Positions 9,783 to 19,812 of a DNA stretch of 64,000 nt are shown here, in pieces (position 1 is the stretch's first letter; each line of letters starts with the position of its first letter). The position numbers were made by a program, and so were the translations under genes. The notes under the pieces were generated by a model. That model saw only the letters and a program-made list of their open reading frames with translations. It had not been told where the DNA came from and made no database searches. This stretch comes from Hyaloraphidium curvatum SAG 235-1 (taxonomy: Eukaryota > Fungi > Monoblepharomycota): positions 372,001 to 436,000 of the forward strand of contig JAIVFI010000008.1 of NCBI GenBank assembly GCA_025558095.1, written 5' to 3'.

Positions 9783-12740
9783 ATGGATTCGGACCCGCTC
9801 TACTACCTGGCGCCGGACTTTGAGCCGGGCAACCTCACCGTTGCGGAGCTAGCCTCCGTGCTGACGGCCAACGACGTTCCGGTGCCGCAAACCAAGGCGA
9901 AGAAGGCCACCTACGTCGAGCTCTTTCAGAAGCACATCACGGGGAAGAGGTCGCAGCTGCTGAAGCAGTACAAGCTCGCCGGAAGCATCAAGCCGAGCCG
10001 CCGCGGCATCGTCGCTGTGGCCGCGGACGGGACGGAGCGGGAACTCGGAAGCAGCGACGAAGAAGAAGCGCACGACACGAGAAGTCGCTCGGGTCGCAAC
10101 AGACCCACCAAGAACGTGAGTCCGTTCGCCGCGGACCGGCTAGCATGGACCTGAATCTGCCTCGCCAGCGCCGCAGCAGCTCAGTGCCTGCCCCCGAACC
10201 GCAGCTCTCGACACGGCCCACACGCGCCCGGAACCAGAGCCCCGAGCGTCTCCTGGCCAGGATTCACCCGGACGCGGAAGAAGCTCCACCGACCCGCAGT
10301 GGGCGCAATACGCGGAAGAAAAAGGCCGATGAGCAACCCCGCTCCCAGGTGAACGACTTCCAGGTTCGCTCGTGCAAAGCTGCTTGCCGTGCGTCCGTTG
10401 ACCGCTATATCCATTGCAGAGCGATGGCGAGAACTCTCCGCCCGCAAAGGGCAACTCGCGCGGCAGGAAGGAGGCGGTCAAGACGTCGCCGAAGCCGCAG
10501 CGAGTCGCAGCGGCCGAAACGCCTGCTCCCGACACCCCGCGCCGGCGCGTCCAGCTTCGTCGCATGATGTCGCCGTCTGCTGGGGCGACTGACTCGGAGC
10601 GCGTGCCACCCCCGACTGTGTTCACTCCTAAAAGCAAGAGCACGGCGCAGTATGACATGGCAACCTGGGTTTCGAAAACCGTGGACGTCTCGGACTCGGT
10701 CGACGACGTCTATGGAACGGGACCGCAGGCTCTCCGTGCCCTCAAGAACATCCCGTACGAGAAGGACCTTCAATGCCAGTTCCACATCCCGGCGGTCACT
10801 CGGGCGAGCCAGCTTATCGGCATCCGCCTCCTGGACGAGAAGATATTCGACGAGGTAGGCCGTCAAGGTGCTTTGCAGTTCAGTGACTCGGTGTCTAATT
10901 TGTTGATTGTGCAGGTGTTGAAGCGTGTCGCCGAAGCGCCGAACCGCCTGCGACTGCGCGACGCTGTCGAGAGCTGGCTGGCTGCGCACGGCATCACCTT
11001 CGGCGACAAGAAACTGGGCTCGAGCATGACGCCCAAGCATGCGGCGGGCGGCAAATCTACAGCTCAGTTCGACTTTGCCAGCTGGACGCAAAAGGACATA
11101 ACGATGACCGAGACCGTCGACAACATCTGGGGCACGGGGCCGGCGACTCTGAAGGAGCTCAAGGCTTTGCCCGCGGACTATGAGTTCGTTGGTTTCTACT
11201 TCTGTCCAGCAATCACCACGGCAGGGCAGCTCCTCGGGTTGAGGCTCCTCGGCAAGGATGAGTTTGCGAAGGTTGGCGAAGAAGCCTTCCGATCGACCAT
11301 TCTTGCTCACTGTGGCCCCTTGTGCAGGTCATGGACCTCACCCACCCGTCGTTCATCGCCCCCAACAAGGCGAGGCTGACTGCTGCAATCGAAGGATGGC
11401 TCGAGAACCACGGCGTCACGCTTGACGACAAGGAGATCGAGGCCAAACCGCGCGCGATGACCGCCTCTTTGGAGGCTCCCGCAACCCGCACCGAAGCTAT
11501 CGACCTGCTCCGCCGCTTGTCTCGCCAGAGCACTCGCGACTCGAACGGTGCCGCTTCCCCCACGTCCCCTCTGCGAGCTGCAGCCCAGGGCGGGCAGCAG
11601 ACTTCTCCCAGCCGACTTGGAGAGACCAGGAAGCTTCACCGCAACCTGCTCCGTGGACCGGCGGTGCAGTCCAAGACCATGGAGGCCTCGCCTCCGCGCG
11701 TGCCGCCGATGACCGCACCTGTTGACTCGGACGTTCCTCCTCCGGCCGATGTTGAAGAGATCGACGCTTCCGCCGGTTCCGATGCCGCCACGATGCCGTC
11801 GGATCTCGACGCCTCCATCACCGCCTGGGTGATGCCTGCCGCGGCCGAGTCCGCGCCGTCGGAGACAGCCAGGCAAGCGATCGAAGATGCCCTGCAGACG
11901 CTTCCGGCACCCAAGAAGCGAAGCAAGACGTACATGCCCCTTATCGCCGCAGTACTCGCGGGTTCCGGCGCCTACGGCGCGGTGACCACCCTCGAAGGCA
12001 ACAGCGCCGTGGCGCAAAGCGTGCAGTCGCATGCGAGCGCCGTGTCCGCAATGGTGCGGGCGCAGGCCGAGGCCGGCATGGCCATGCTCCCTAGCATGCC
12101 CGCTGGCGTCGAGTGGGATAAGCTGCCGGGCGTCGAGTACGCCGCCGAGCTCGGAAACCGCTACGTCGCGCCTGCTGTCGATTCGGTCTGGCAGGCGATC
12201 GCGCCCACCATGGAGTCGGCCTGGCAGGCGGTCGCCGATTCAGGGCTGTACGAAAAGGTGGCGGACGCCATGCCTGCTGGAAGCGTGGACCCCGCGATTT
12301 CGGCGACCCTCGCCGCCTCCATCTTGGCCTTCCTCGCCCGATCGCGCGGCAAGAAGACCAAGCCCGCGGCATCCGCCGTTGCGCGAGCGATTGCGGTGGC
12401 CCTGCGCCAGGCAAACGGCGGCCTGGACGTGGCCGAGCTGAAATTGGCCCTGGCGAAACAGGCTCCGGACGGCGTTGCGCCGTTTACGGAAGCCGAGTGG
12501 GATGCAATCCGCACGATCGCGGTCGAGGAACTCGGCGTCGTCGTGCAGTACGAGCCCGAAATCTGGTCGGTTGCTGCTCAGGCGGAGCCGATCATGCCCG
12601 AATCGCCGAAGCGGGGAGGCGTGGTGCTCTCCAAGAAGCAGCTGTGGGAGAAGCGCGCGGAGGCCGATCGGGTCGCCGATCCCAAGGCGCGCGCGGCCGC
12701 CCTCGCTGCGCTGGAAGTGACCGAGGAGAGCGACATCTAG
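9783..12740 (+). CDS. Src1/Man1-like inner nuclear membrane protein: HeH/LEM domain, two BAF-like repeats, two hydrophobic segments, C-terminal winged-helix-like region (exons 9783-10115, 10169-10363, 10420-10854, 10915-11271, 11328-12740)
   Basis: The N-terminus YLAPDFEPGNLTVAELASVLTANDVPVPQTKAKKATYVELF is the fungal HeH/LEM signature. All four GT-AG introns join the exons in frame. Hydrophobic stretches are MPLIAAVLAGSGAYGAV and AISATLAASILAFLA. Confidence 0.8.
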
Positions 12741-12920
12741 AGAAGAGCCGGGAACCGGGCTTGAGTTGGGACTGTTTGCCGAAAATCTTGCAATCTTCCG
12801 GGTTGCCGCTTGTCGTAATGAAGCAAAAGCTATCGCAAGGTGTACCACAAAATGCAGTAATCTATCGTCTTCCGGGTATCTAAAGCAACAGTCGCTCAAC
12901 TGCAGACACTTCCTTGAAAA

Positions 12921-14621
12921 TCAGCAATTCGTAAAACACGGTTGCCGAGTAAAGGCTTCGAACCGCCTCCGTATGGTCCGAATCCTCCTCTTGAAGGGCG
13001 TCTCCCCCGCTTCAGCGTCCCCAATCGGCGCCTCGTCCATCGGCACCTCCACGTCGACCTCCTCCTCGTACACCATCACCGGCGGCCTCTTGACGAGGGC
13101 ATGCGGCGATCCCGCCTCGCCGTCGGTCGACAGCGCGGCGCGCCTGAGGATCTCGACGGTGTTGAACGCCTGGCCCCGCATGACGGCCTTCTGCTTGCGG
13201 AAGAGCGACTCGTCGAAATCCGGGTCGAGCCGGAAGAGGGCCTCCAGCTCGGCAAACGTCCGGCTCCACCACTCGTTGGACGTCAGCCGGGGCAGCACGA
13301 GGTCCGACGTTTCCTTGGAAAACGGCGTGTGCGAGAGCGGGAGGAAGGACCACGCGGGGGGGTAGGAGCGCCAGTTGTCGGGGTGCTTGTGCGGGAAGGC
13401 GAGGCCGTTGTCGATGGCCCCGAGGCGGATCTTGGGGCCCGTGCGACCATCAGCGGCGCCGGGGACGGGGTTCAGGGAGGGCGAGCTTGCGTCGCCCTGC
13501 TGGCTGCCGATCTGGGTGGATTCGGAGGACAGCCGGGCGACGTCGAGCTCGGGTGCCAGCAGGGCGGCGGCTTCGGAGGACGAGGCGCCGATGTCCTGCA
13601 GCGAATGCTCCGATGCGGGGCGCTGGCCGGGTCGCTGCACCGCGCTGCTACTGCCGGCGCCTGCCGGGGCCGGCGGCGCGTTGGCCTTTTGTTTCCGCGC
13701 GTTCCGGTCCGTGTCGTCGCGCACGAGCAGGTTGTCCAAGCTCCGGTCCGTGTTCCGGATGAGGATGTCCAAGATGCAAAGCTTCTCAAACTGGAAGCGG
13801 AATTCGCGCTGCGTGTCCTCGTCCCATCCCAAAGGGTGGCCGCGGCCCATGTGCAGGTAGGCCAGCCGGTCGTATCCCGTGCTGAAGAAGAGCGTGGCGT
13901 CCTCGTATCCCTCCAGAAAAATCTGGAACGAGCCGATTTTTGGCGGGAGCGGAGCCCAGCCTTTTTTCGCGGCCCAGCGTTCCGCTTTGGAGTAGTGGAA
14001 CGACGGCGAGGCCAGCGTCACGACCTCGGTGCGCGGCACCAAGCCCAGGTTCAGCCGGCGGTCGATGTACGACGCGCCTGCCTCGGATATGTAGCCCACG
14101 TTCGGAATGAGGCACGAGCGGCCGAAGCAGAAGGGGAACAGGTGTTTGTGCACCCATTTGGTGAACTTCGGGTTCATGCGGCCGTACGGTTCCTCGTCGC
14201 GCGGTTTGAAGACGCCGACGATGCGGCCGGCCTTGTTGCGCGCAAAGTACGAGCCCGACGAGCCCTTGTGGATGCGGGTGGGAAACACGCCGTCGTCGAT
14301 CGCCTCGCGCACCGAGTCGACGACGAGTGCGAACTGGGCTGCCGACACGTCGGGGTACGCGCGCAGCGGCGAGGCGGGCGCGCCGTCCTCGGGCTCGTCG
14401 GCGAGGATGTGGTCGACCTGCGCCGACGCCGTCGACGCGCCCGAGCGGTGGCGGACGTGCGCGGCGCGCGTGACGAGCAGCGACGTCGCGCGGCGCTTCG
14501 GCGTCGCCGCCCCCCGCGGCGCGCGCACCCGCGGGATCAGCGGCGTCTCGTCGCCCTGCTCGGCCGCCGCTACCGCCTCGTCGGGGCCCGGCCCGCTGTC
14601 GGGGCTCGCGGGCGCCGACAT
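12921..14621 (-). CDS. LSB6: Phosphatidylinositol 4-kinase type II
   Basis: GSSGSYF, VFKPRDEEPYG, CFGRSCLIPNVGYISEAGAS, LDILIRNTDR, AIDNGLAFPHKHPDNWRSYP. Confidence 0.95.
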   Translation of the reverse strand: MSAPASPDSGPGPDEAVAAAEQGDETPLIPRVRAPRGAATPKRRATSLLVTRAAHVRHRSGASTASAQVDHILADEPEDGAPASPLRAYPDVSAAQFALVVDSVREAIDDGVFPTRIHKGSSGSYFARNKAGRIVGVFKPRDEEPYGRMNPKFTKWVHKHLFPFCFGRSCLIPNVGYISEAGASYIDRRLNLGLVPRTEVVTLASPSFHYSKAERWAAKKGWAPLPPKIGSFQIFLEGYEDATLFFSTGYDRLAYLHMGRGHPLGWDEDTQREFRFQFEKLCILDILIRNTDRSLDNLLVRDDTDRNARKQKANAPPAPAGAGSSSAVQRPGQRPASEHSLQDIGASSSEAAALLAPELDVARLSSESTQIGSQQGDASSPSLNPVPGAADGRTGPKIRLGAIDNGLAFPHKHPDNWRSYPPAWSFLPLSHTPFSKETSDLVLPRLTSNEWWSRTFAELEALFRLDPDFDESLFRKQKAVMRGQAFNTVEILRRAALSTDGEAGSPHALVKRPPVMVYEEEVDVEVPMDEAPIGDAEAGETPFKRRIRTIRRRFEAFTRQPCFTNC

Positions 14622-14702
14622 GTCCAACAGGGCGGGGCTGCTCGCGGGGCTGAGACCCGAAATCAGGCGCGCCCTTGAACCTTCGTTGGTCACTGGTTCT
14701 CG

Positions 14703-16331
14703 ATGGAGGCCGCCAGATTGCGGAAAAAAGCTCGCCGTCGATGCTACGTCGCGATGGCGTGGGACGTGTTTGCTGCCTGCACCGGCCTGGCGCGTGTCGG
14801 AACCTGGCTCCGTGCGTTTTCAGGGCACGCGTTGCCAGGGCCCGCACAGGAGACCCAGATTGACGGGGCCCCGAGGAAGCCGGCGAACAAATGGCTCTCT
14901 TTGTCTCGGACGCTGTGGTTGGCTCTTTTGGCCCTCGTTGTTGCGACGGTACCTGCCACGCAAGCTTCCTCCCTCGACGCGCTTCCCGTGGGCGCGGAAA
15001 AGCACCGCAAAACTCCTCCTCCTCCTCCTCAGCAACCACCCCCCACGGACTCTTCCACCTACAACCTGGCGTGGCACCTGGGAGCCGCCGCGGCCGTGCT
15101 GGGCGCGTCCGCCCTTGGCGCCCTCCTCCCCTTTGCCTTTGCGCGATCCAAATCCCTCCTGGACAATGCCGAGTATTTCAACGCGGGCAAGGCGTTCGGC
15201 TGCGGCGTGCTGATCGCCACGGCCCTCATCCACATGCTGCCCCCGGCCTTTGAGCAGCTTCGCGGGGTTGAAGCGCTCAAGTTCTACCCTCCCATCGCCG
15301 GCCTGCTCGCGCTCGCGGCGATCCTGGCGATGCACCTAGTTGAGTTCTTTGCGGTCGAGTCGGTGCTTAAGAGCGGCGTCGCGGAGATGCCAGAGGACGA
15401 CAAAGCGCCGCCTCGAGCCGTGAGGGAAGAGCACGATCATGACCACAGTTCTGGCGCAGGACACGCCCATTCCCACGACAGCGGGGCACACAGTCACCAC
15501 GATGGGGCAGCACACAGTCACCACGATGGGGCGGCAAGTCGGCTCCACGATTCCATTTTGACTCTGCCGGAAGGCCAGGACGGGATCGTCGAGGACGAGA
15601 CCCGGCCGCTGCTCTCCACCGTGCCCCTGCCCGTCCCCCGGTTCCGCGGGCTGGACTTTACCGCGGACTTCCCCGTGCCTCCGGCGCGGCCGGCGTCCCT
15701 CGACGGGAACCCCGTCGTGCAGGTCACGTTCCGCATCGTGCAACCCAAGAACTGCAGCCACGGCCACTTGGAACCGTGCCAGCCCAAGATTTGCGGGCAC
15801 ACGCACGTGGACGCCTTCGATATCGCCGACCTGCAGAGGCGCAAGATCTCGACGTACCTGCTCTTTGGTTCCGTCGCGGTGCACTCGGTCATCATCGGCA
15901 CCACGCTCGGTGTGGAATCGGACGCCGCCTTCCTCAGCCTCCTCGTCGCCCTTGTCTTCCACCAAGGATTCGAGGGCCTCGCGCTCGGTGTCAAGCTGCG
16001 CGAGAACCGCGAGCTCGACCCCGACTTCGGCCGGCGCACGACCAACCTCCCCACCATTGTGCTGTCGCTGATGTTTGTACTCGCTGCGCCCTTCGGCGTG
16101 CTGCTGGGCATTTTTCTGAGGACGAAGTACGATACCGGCTCGCAGACCTCCCGGATGGTGCAGGGCACCCTGGATGCCATGTCGGGCGGCGTCTTGCTCT
16201 ACGTGGGGCTTGTCACCTTCCTGTCGGGCGAGCTCAACGTGCACACGGGATCCAAGTGGGGCAAGGTGGCGATGGTGGTGTGCTTGTGGCTGGGGGCGGC
16301 GGCGATGGCGGCGGTCGGGCTGTGGGCTTGA
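14703..16331 (+). CDS. ZIP-family zinc/iron transporter (Zrt1-like) with His-rich loop
   Basis: KAFGCGVLIATALIHML, His-rich loop, VAVHSVIIG and FHQGFEGLALG. The start codon is uncertain (14703 or 14754). Confidence 0.92.
   Translation: MEAARLRKKARRRCYVAMAWDVFAACTGLARVGTWLRAFSGHALPGPAQETQIDGAPRKPANKWLSLSRTLWLALLALVVATVPATQASSLDALPVGAEKHRKTPPPPPQQPPPTDSSTYNLAWHLGAAAAVLGASALGALLPFAFARSKSLLDNAEYFNAGKAFGCGVLIATALIHMLPPAFEQLRGVEALKFYPPIAGLLALAAILAMHLVEFFAVESVLKSGVAEMPEDDKAPPRAVREEHDHDHSSGAGHAHSHDSGAHSHHDGAAHSHHDGAASRLHDSILTLPEGQDGIVEDETRPLLSTVPLPVPRFRGLDFTADFPVPPARPASLDGNPVVQVTFRIVQPKNCSHGHLEPCQPKICGHTHVDAFDIADLQRRKISTYLLFGSVAVHSVIIGTTLGVESDAAFLSLLVALVFHQGFEGLALGVKLRENRELDPDFGRRTTNLPTIVLSLMFVLAAPFGVLLGIFLRTKYDTGSQTSRMVQGTLDAMSGGVLLYVGLVTFLSGELNVHTGSKWGKVAMVVCLWLGAAAMAAVGLWA
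15487..15533 (+). repeat. 24-nt tandem duplication encoding AHSHHDGA x2 in the ZIP His-rich loop
   Basis: GCACACAGTCACCACGATGGGGC occurs twice in tandem. Confidence 0.85.
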
Positions 16332-16780
16332 TCGGGTTCGGGTTGGGAGGCGCCCCCGTGGTTGGGCGGTGCTGCGGGGAGGCGTGATCTGGTTTCCACA
16401 AGTGCTGCGGGTCGGGTGAACCGGGCGTGTTCGTTGATCGGAAAACTCTTGTTATCTTGGTTGAAGCACGGCGAGGCTGGTCTTCTGTGTGGACGGGGTT
16501 GCCACGTGTGCTTGATCGGCCGACAGGGCCTTTCGTCGGCTTCCGCAAGGTCGGTTCAGCCCGACCGGTTCCTCGGAATCTCCCACCAGTTCCACACCCA
16601 CTCAACGCACGGTAGCGGATCCGCGCACTTGGAGCAGTGTTTGGCGGGGCCTCCGCACCCATGACCGGCTAGCCGCGGGCTCCCGACGAGGACTGCCGAG
16701 AGCGCGCACCTCTGAGTGCCGCAGGGCCCGCGCGGAGTTCTCGCGGAGTTCTCGCAGCCGCCGCCCGAGGCACCGCCGCC

Positions 16781-18540
16781 ATGCCGACGATCTACGACAA
16801 GACGCGGCGCGCGCGGTCGGCGCTGCGGGCGCACGCGCTGCTCGCGCCGCTCAACCCCGACGGGTCGCTGCCCGGCCCCAAGCCGGCGCCCGCGAGCACC
16901 CGGCCGCCGCCGGCCGACCCGATCACCTTCGAGTCGCGCTCGGACGCGGACTGGGAGCGCGACGAGCTCGTGTCGACCCTGGAGCGCGTCATGCTGGCCA
17001 CGGCCGAGAAGCGTAAGGCCCTGTTCAAGTCCAAGGTCGGCCCCAGCGGGCCCCGGCGGTCGGACCTCGAGGTGGAGGACAGGAGGATGTGGCTGGTGGT
17101 GCAGTGTCACGAGATCGTCAAGAAGGAGCGGGACAAGGTGGTCTCGTCGAGGCGCGGGCTCTGTGGGTGGCGGACGGCGGATCTGGGAGGCGTCCGCTGA
17201 CACGCCGGTGCGCTGGCAGCGAAACCCGGCTCGGACGGCCTCTCGACGCTGAAGATCCTCATCCGCGCCGTGTTCGACTCGCTGGAAAAGGAGCTGCTCG
17301 ACCTCTCTCCCGACGGGGTCAACTCGCCGCAGGATCCGGAGCGCTCTCGACGTTCCGGACGGTCTCCGACGAGGTCGCCAACCCGAGCGATGGACATTGC
17401 TTCCGATCGGAGGAGGAACGAGCTGAGAAACGAGCTGGGCATCTCGCCGCCGAGCGGCGTGAGCATCAAGATCGAGAGGCTGAAGCGGTTTGACGACGAA
17501 GTCAAGAACGATCGCTTTCGGCGCTCCTTGGACCACCGAGGACGTGGGTAGCTTGCTGTCTTGTGATACGGCAACATTCTCACGCCTGTTTGACAGTCGA
17601 GATTCGAGGGTTCGGCAATAAGCGCCGCAACCTCGGCAACACGCTCTACCTCACCGACGCCTTCTTCCCCGAGCTCGATCAAGACGAGGACCAGTCGACG
17701 CCGCTCCTCCCGCCGCACGTCAACGGTCCGATTACCCTCCCCACCACGGACAAGAGCCTGCGCGCGTCGCTCCGCCGCCTCTACTTTCCCACCGTCTCCT
17801 CGGCTCCGCAGAAGAAGAGCAACATCACCGTCAACAACCGCAGACCGTACCCGAAAGTGAAGTTCCGGGGCCGGAACCACCGCAACGGTGCATCGCGCGC
17901 CAGCAGCGTGCCTCCGGTCAGCGTGCCGCACCCTGCACACGCGGCGCCCGAGCTCGTGGTGGACCCCCCGGAAGGAGCTTCCCCGCCGGAGCGCTCCGCG
18001 CACGAGCGCATGGCGCACGAACATTTCCACAGCGACCTGCCCTGGCTGCGGATCCAGACGATTGCCAGCGCGTCGGACCTGGAGGACAAGCCCGAGCTCG
18101 TCGCCCAGGCGTCTGCGCTTGTCCGCCGCGAGTTCGGCAAGATGGGCTGCGACATCTCCGGCTCGCGCGTCGCCGAGGGGGTCGAGGAGGGCTTCGGATG
18201 GGACCTCGTGGTGCTCTGCACGCCCTCGCGCACGGCCAGGGGCGCGGTCAGGGAGGAGGTGGTCGCGGCGCTGGAGCGGACCTTCATGCGGTCGTACGTG
18301 TGGGTGCACCATCTTTGCGTGCACTCGCGGTACCAATCGTCGGGGCTGGGGACTTGGCTGATGGAGAGGTGCAAGGAGATGGCACGTGCTAGGGGGAAGG
18401 ACGGGGTGCTGCTGTTTGCGCTGGGAGAGGTGGCGGCGTGGTACGGAAGGCAGGCGTTCACGGACTACGCGACGATACCGCCGCAGGAGGAGTGGGGCGA
18501 GGATCGCGTCATGGTGTGGAAGGCAGAGCTTTCGCCCTGA
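16781..18540 (+). CDS. Protein with C-terminal GNAT acetyltransferase domain (multi-exon)
   Basis: C-terminal VWVHHLCVHSRYQSSGLGTWLM (motif A) and AAWYGRQAF (motif B). The N-terminal exons are joined by GT-AG introns. Confidence 0.75.
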
Positions 18541-18639
18541 TTCTGATGCACGGTTGCGGACTGGGCTCTTTCATGTGATGCTGTGCCGGCACATTTGATT
18601 CCGGCGTGTACAATCAATTCATGATTCATTACTCATCCA

Positions 18640-19727
18640 TCAAAGCTTCGCGGCCTTCTGCTTCTCTTCCCGCAGCCGCTTTTGCCGTTCCGCCAGCCGA
18701 GCAAAGGCCTGGGTGGGTTCCTTCCGCACGTATTCTGGGACACGGGCGGTTAGCGTACCTTTGGCTCGCATGCCAGGCATACTTACGAGCCGAGACGAAA
18801 TCGACTTCGGACACGAGGTTGGCCGTGACTTTTCGGTTGTATTCGAGCGCCTCCCGCATCAGCTTCTTGGCCTCGAACATGCTGTGCTGGCACATCAGCA
18901 CGGATGCAAGCTAGGACGTCGGTTGAGGCCCACCTCCGCGGGTTGCACTCCTTCAGCATCTCCTTGATGTGGTTGTGGACGTCCTGGTGGAAGTTCTCCT
19001 TGGGGAACAGCCGGTTGAAGTAACCAGCCTCCAAAAGCTCCTTGGCATTCATCTTGCGAGCAAAGATGAGGGCTTCCGAAGCGCGTCCCAGGCCCATCCG
19101 CAAGGGGAAGCTGAGCGACGTCGCCGCCTCGGGTGCAAGAGCGAGCGTGACGAACGACGCGTGCACCGTTGTATCCTCCGTAGCGTAGATGATGTCCGCA
19201 TGGCTGGTCCACCCTCCGGGGATCCCGACCACGGGGCCGTTGAGGGCTGCGACGAAGATCTTCGGGAAGTTGGCAATACGCCGGACAAGGAGGCTCGAGC
19301 TGCCGGCGCTGGTCGAGTGGAAGTTCCTGCGAATCTCCCCCGGGTTCGGGTCCGCGCCGCCGCTCGCTCCTCCGACCCCGATGTCGATGCCGGCAGAGAA
19401 GTCTTAGAGAGAGACAGGAAAGAGAGACGAGATGAGGGGAAGTGACATGCCAGGGACAAGCAAGCCACCCACAGCGTCCGGTCCCCGTCAGCACCACCAC
19501 GATGACTCTGTCATCGCTCTCAAACTCGGTGATGATATCGACGAGCTTGTGGGACGGCGTCCAAAGTCAGTGACCCCTTGACCCGGCACCACGGAACTTG
19601 GACCGACGTCGTGGATAGCCCGCCGAGTTATCGCATTCAGAGACTGAGGGCGGTTGAATGTAATGGTGGCGATTCCAGAGTCGAGCGTGACGTCGAAACC
19701 GTCGTACGGGCCGGAGTAAGAGGCCAT
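18640..19727 (-). CDS. ECI1: Peroxisomal delta3,delta2-enoyl-CoA isomerase (crotonase family), PTS1 -AKL
   Basis: IATITFNRPQSLNAI, FPKIFVAALNGPVVGIPGG and FVTLALAPEAATS. The spliced last exon ends KQKAAKL*. Confidence 0.85.
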
Positions 19728-19812
19728 TGTTTCTGGTACGCGTGGGAGACACGCAGCAGAGCCGATCGAAGACGTCCCTCAATCGAAACAGCTTCACTTT
19801 CTGCAGACCGCG

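Noticed and set aside
12942-14678. Long antisense or alternate-frame ORFs (e.g. 578 aa opposite PI4K; others opposite urease, Ctr9, ERG24 and the GTPase)
   Set aside because: These are expected shadows of GC-rich, codon-biased genes. The translations are Arg/Pro/Ala-rich with no motifs.
14703-16331. ZIP transporter as the nickel importer of the urease locus
   Set aside because: It is 15 kb away with eight unrelated genes between, and its motifs are Zrt/Irt-type, not NiCoT.
16515-16570. Two short hairpins (CCGAC...GTCGG, GGTCGG...CCGACC) in the ZIP-GNAT intergenic region
   Set aside because: Short GC stems arise by chance at this composition, and no ncRNA family is recognisable.
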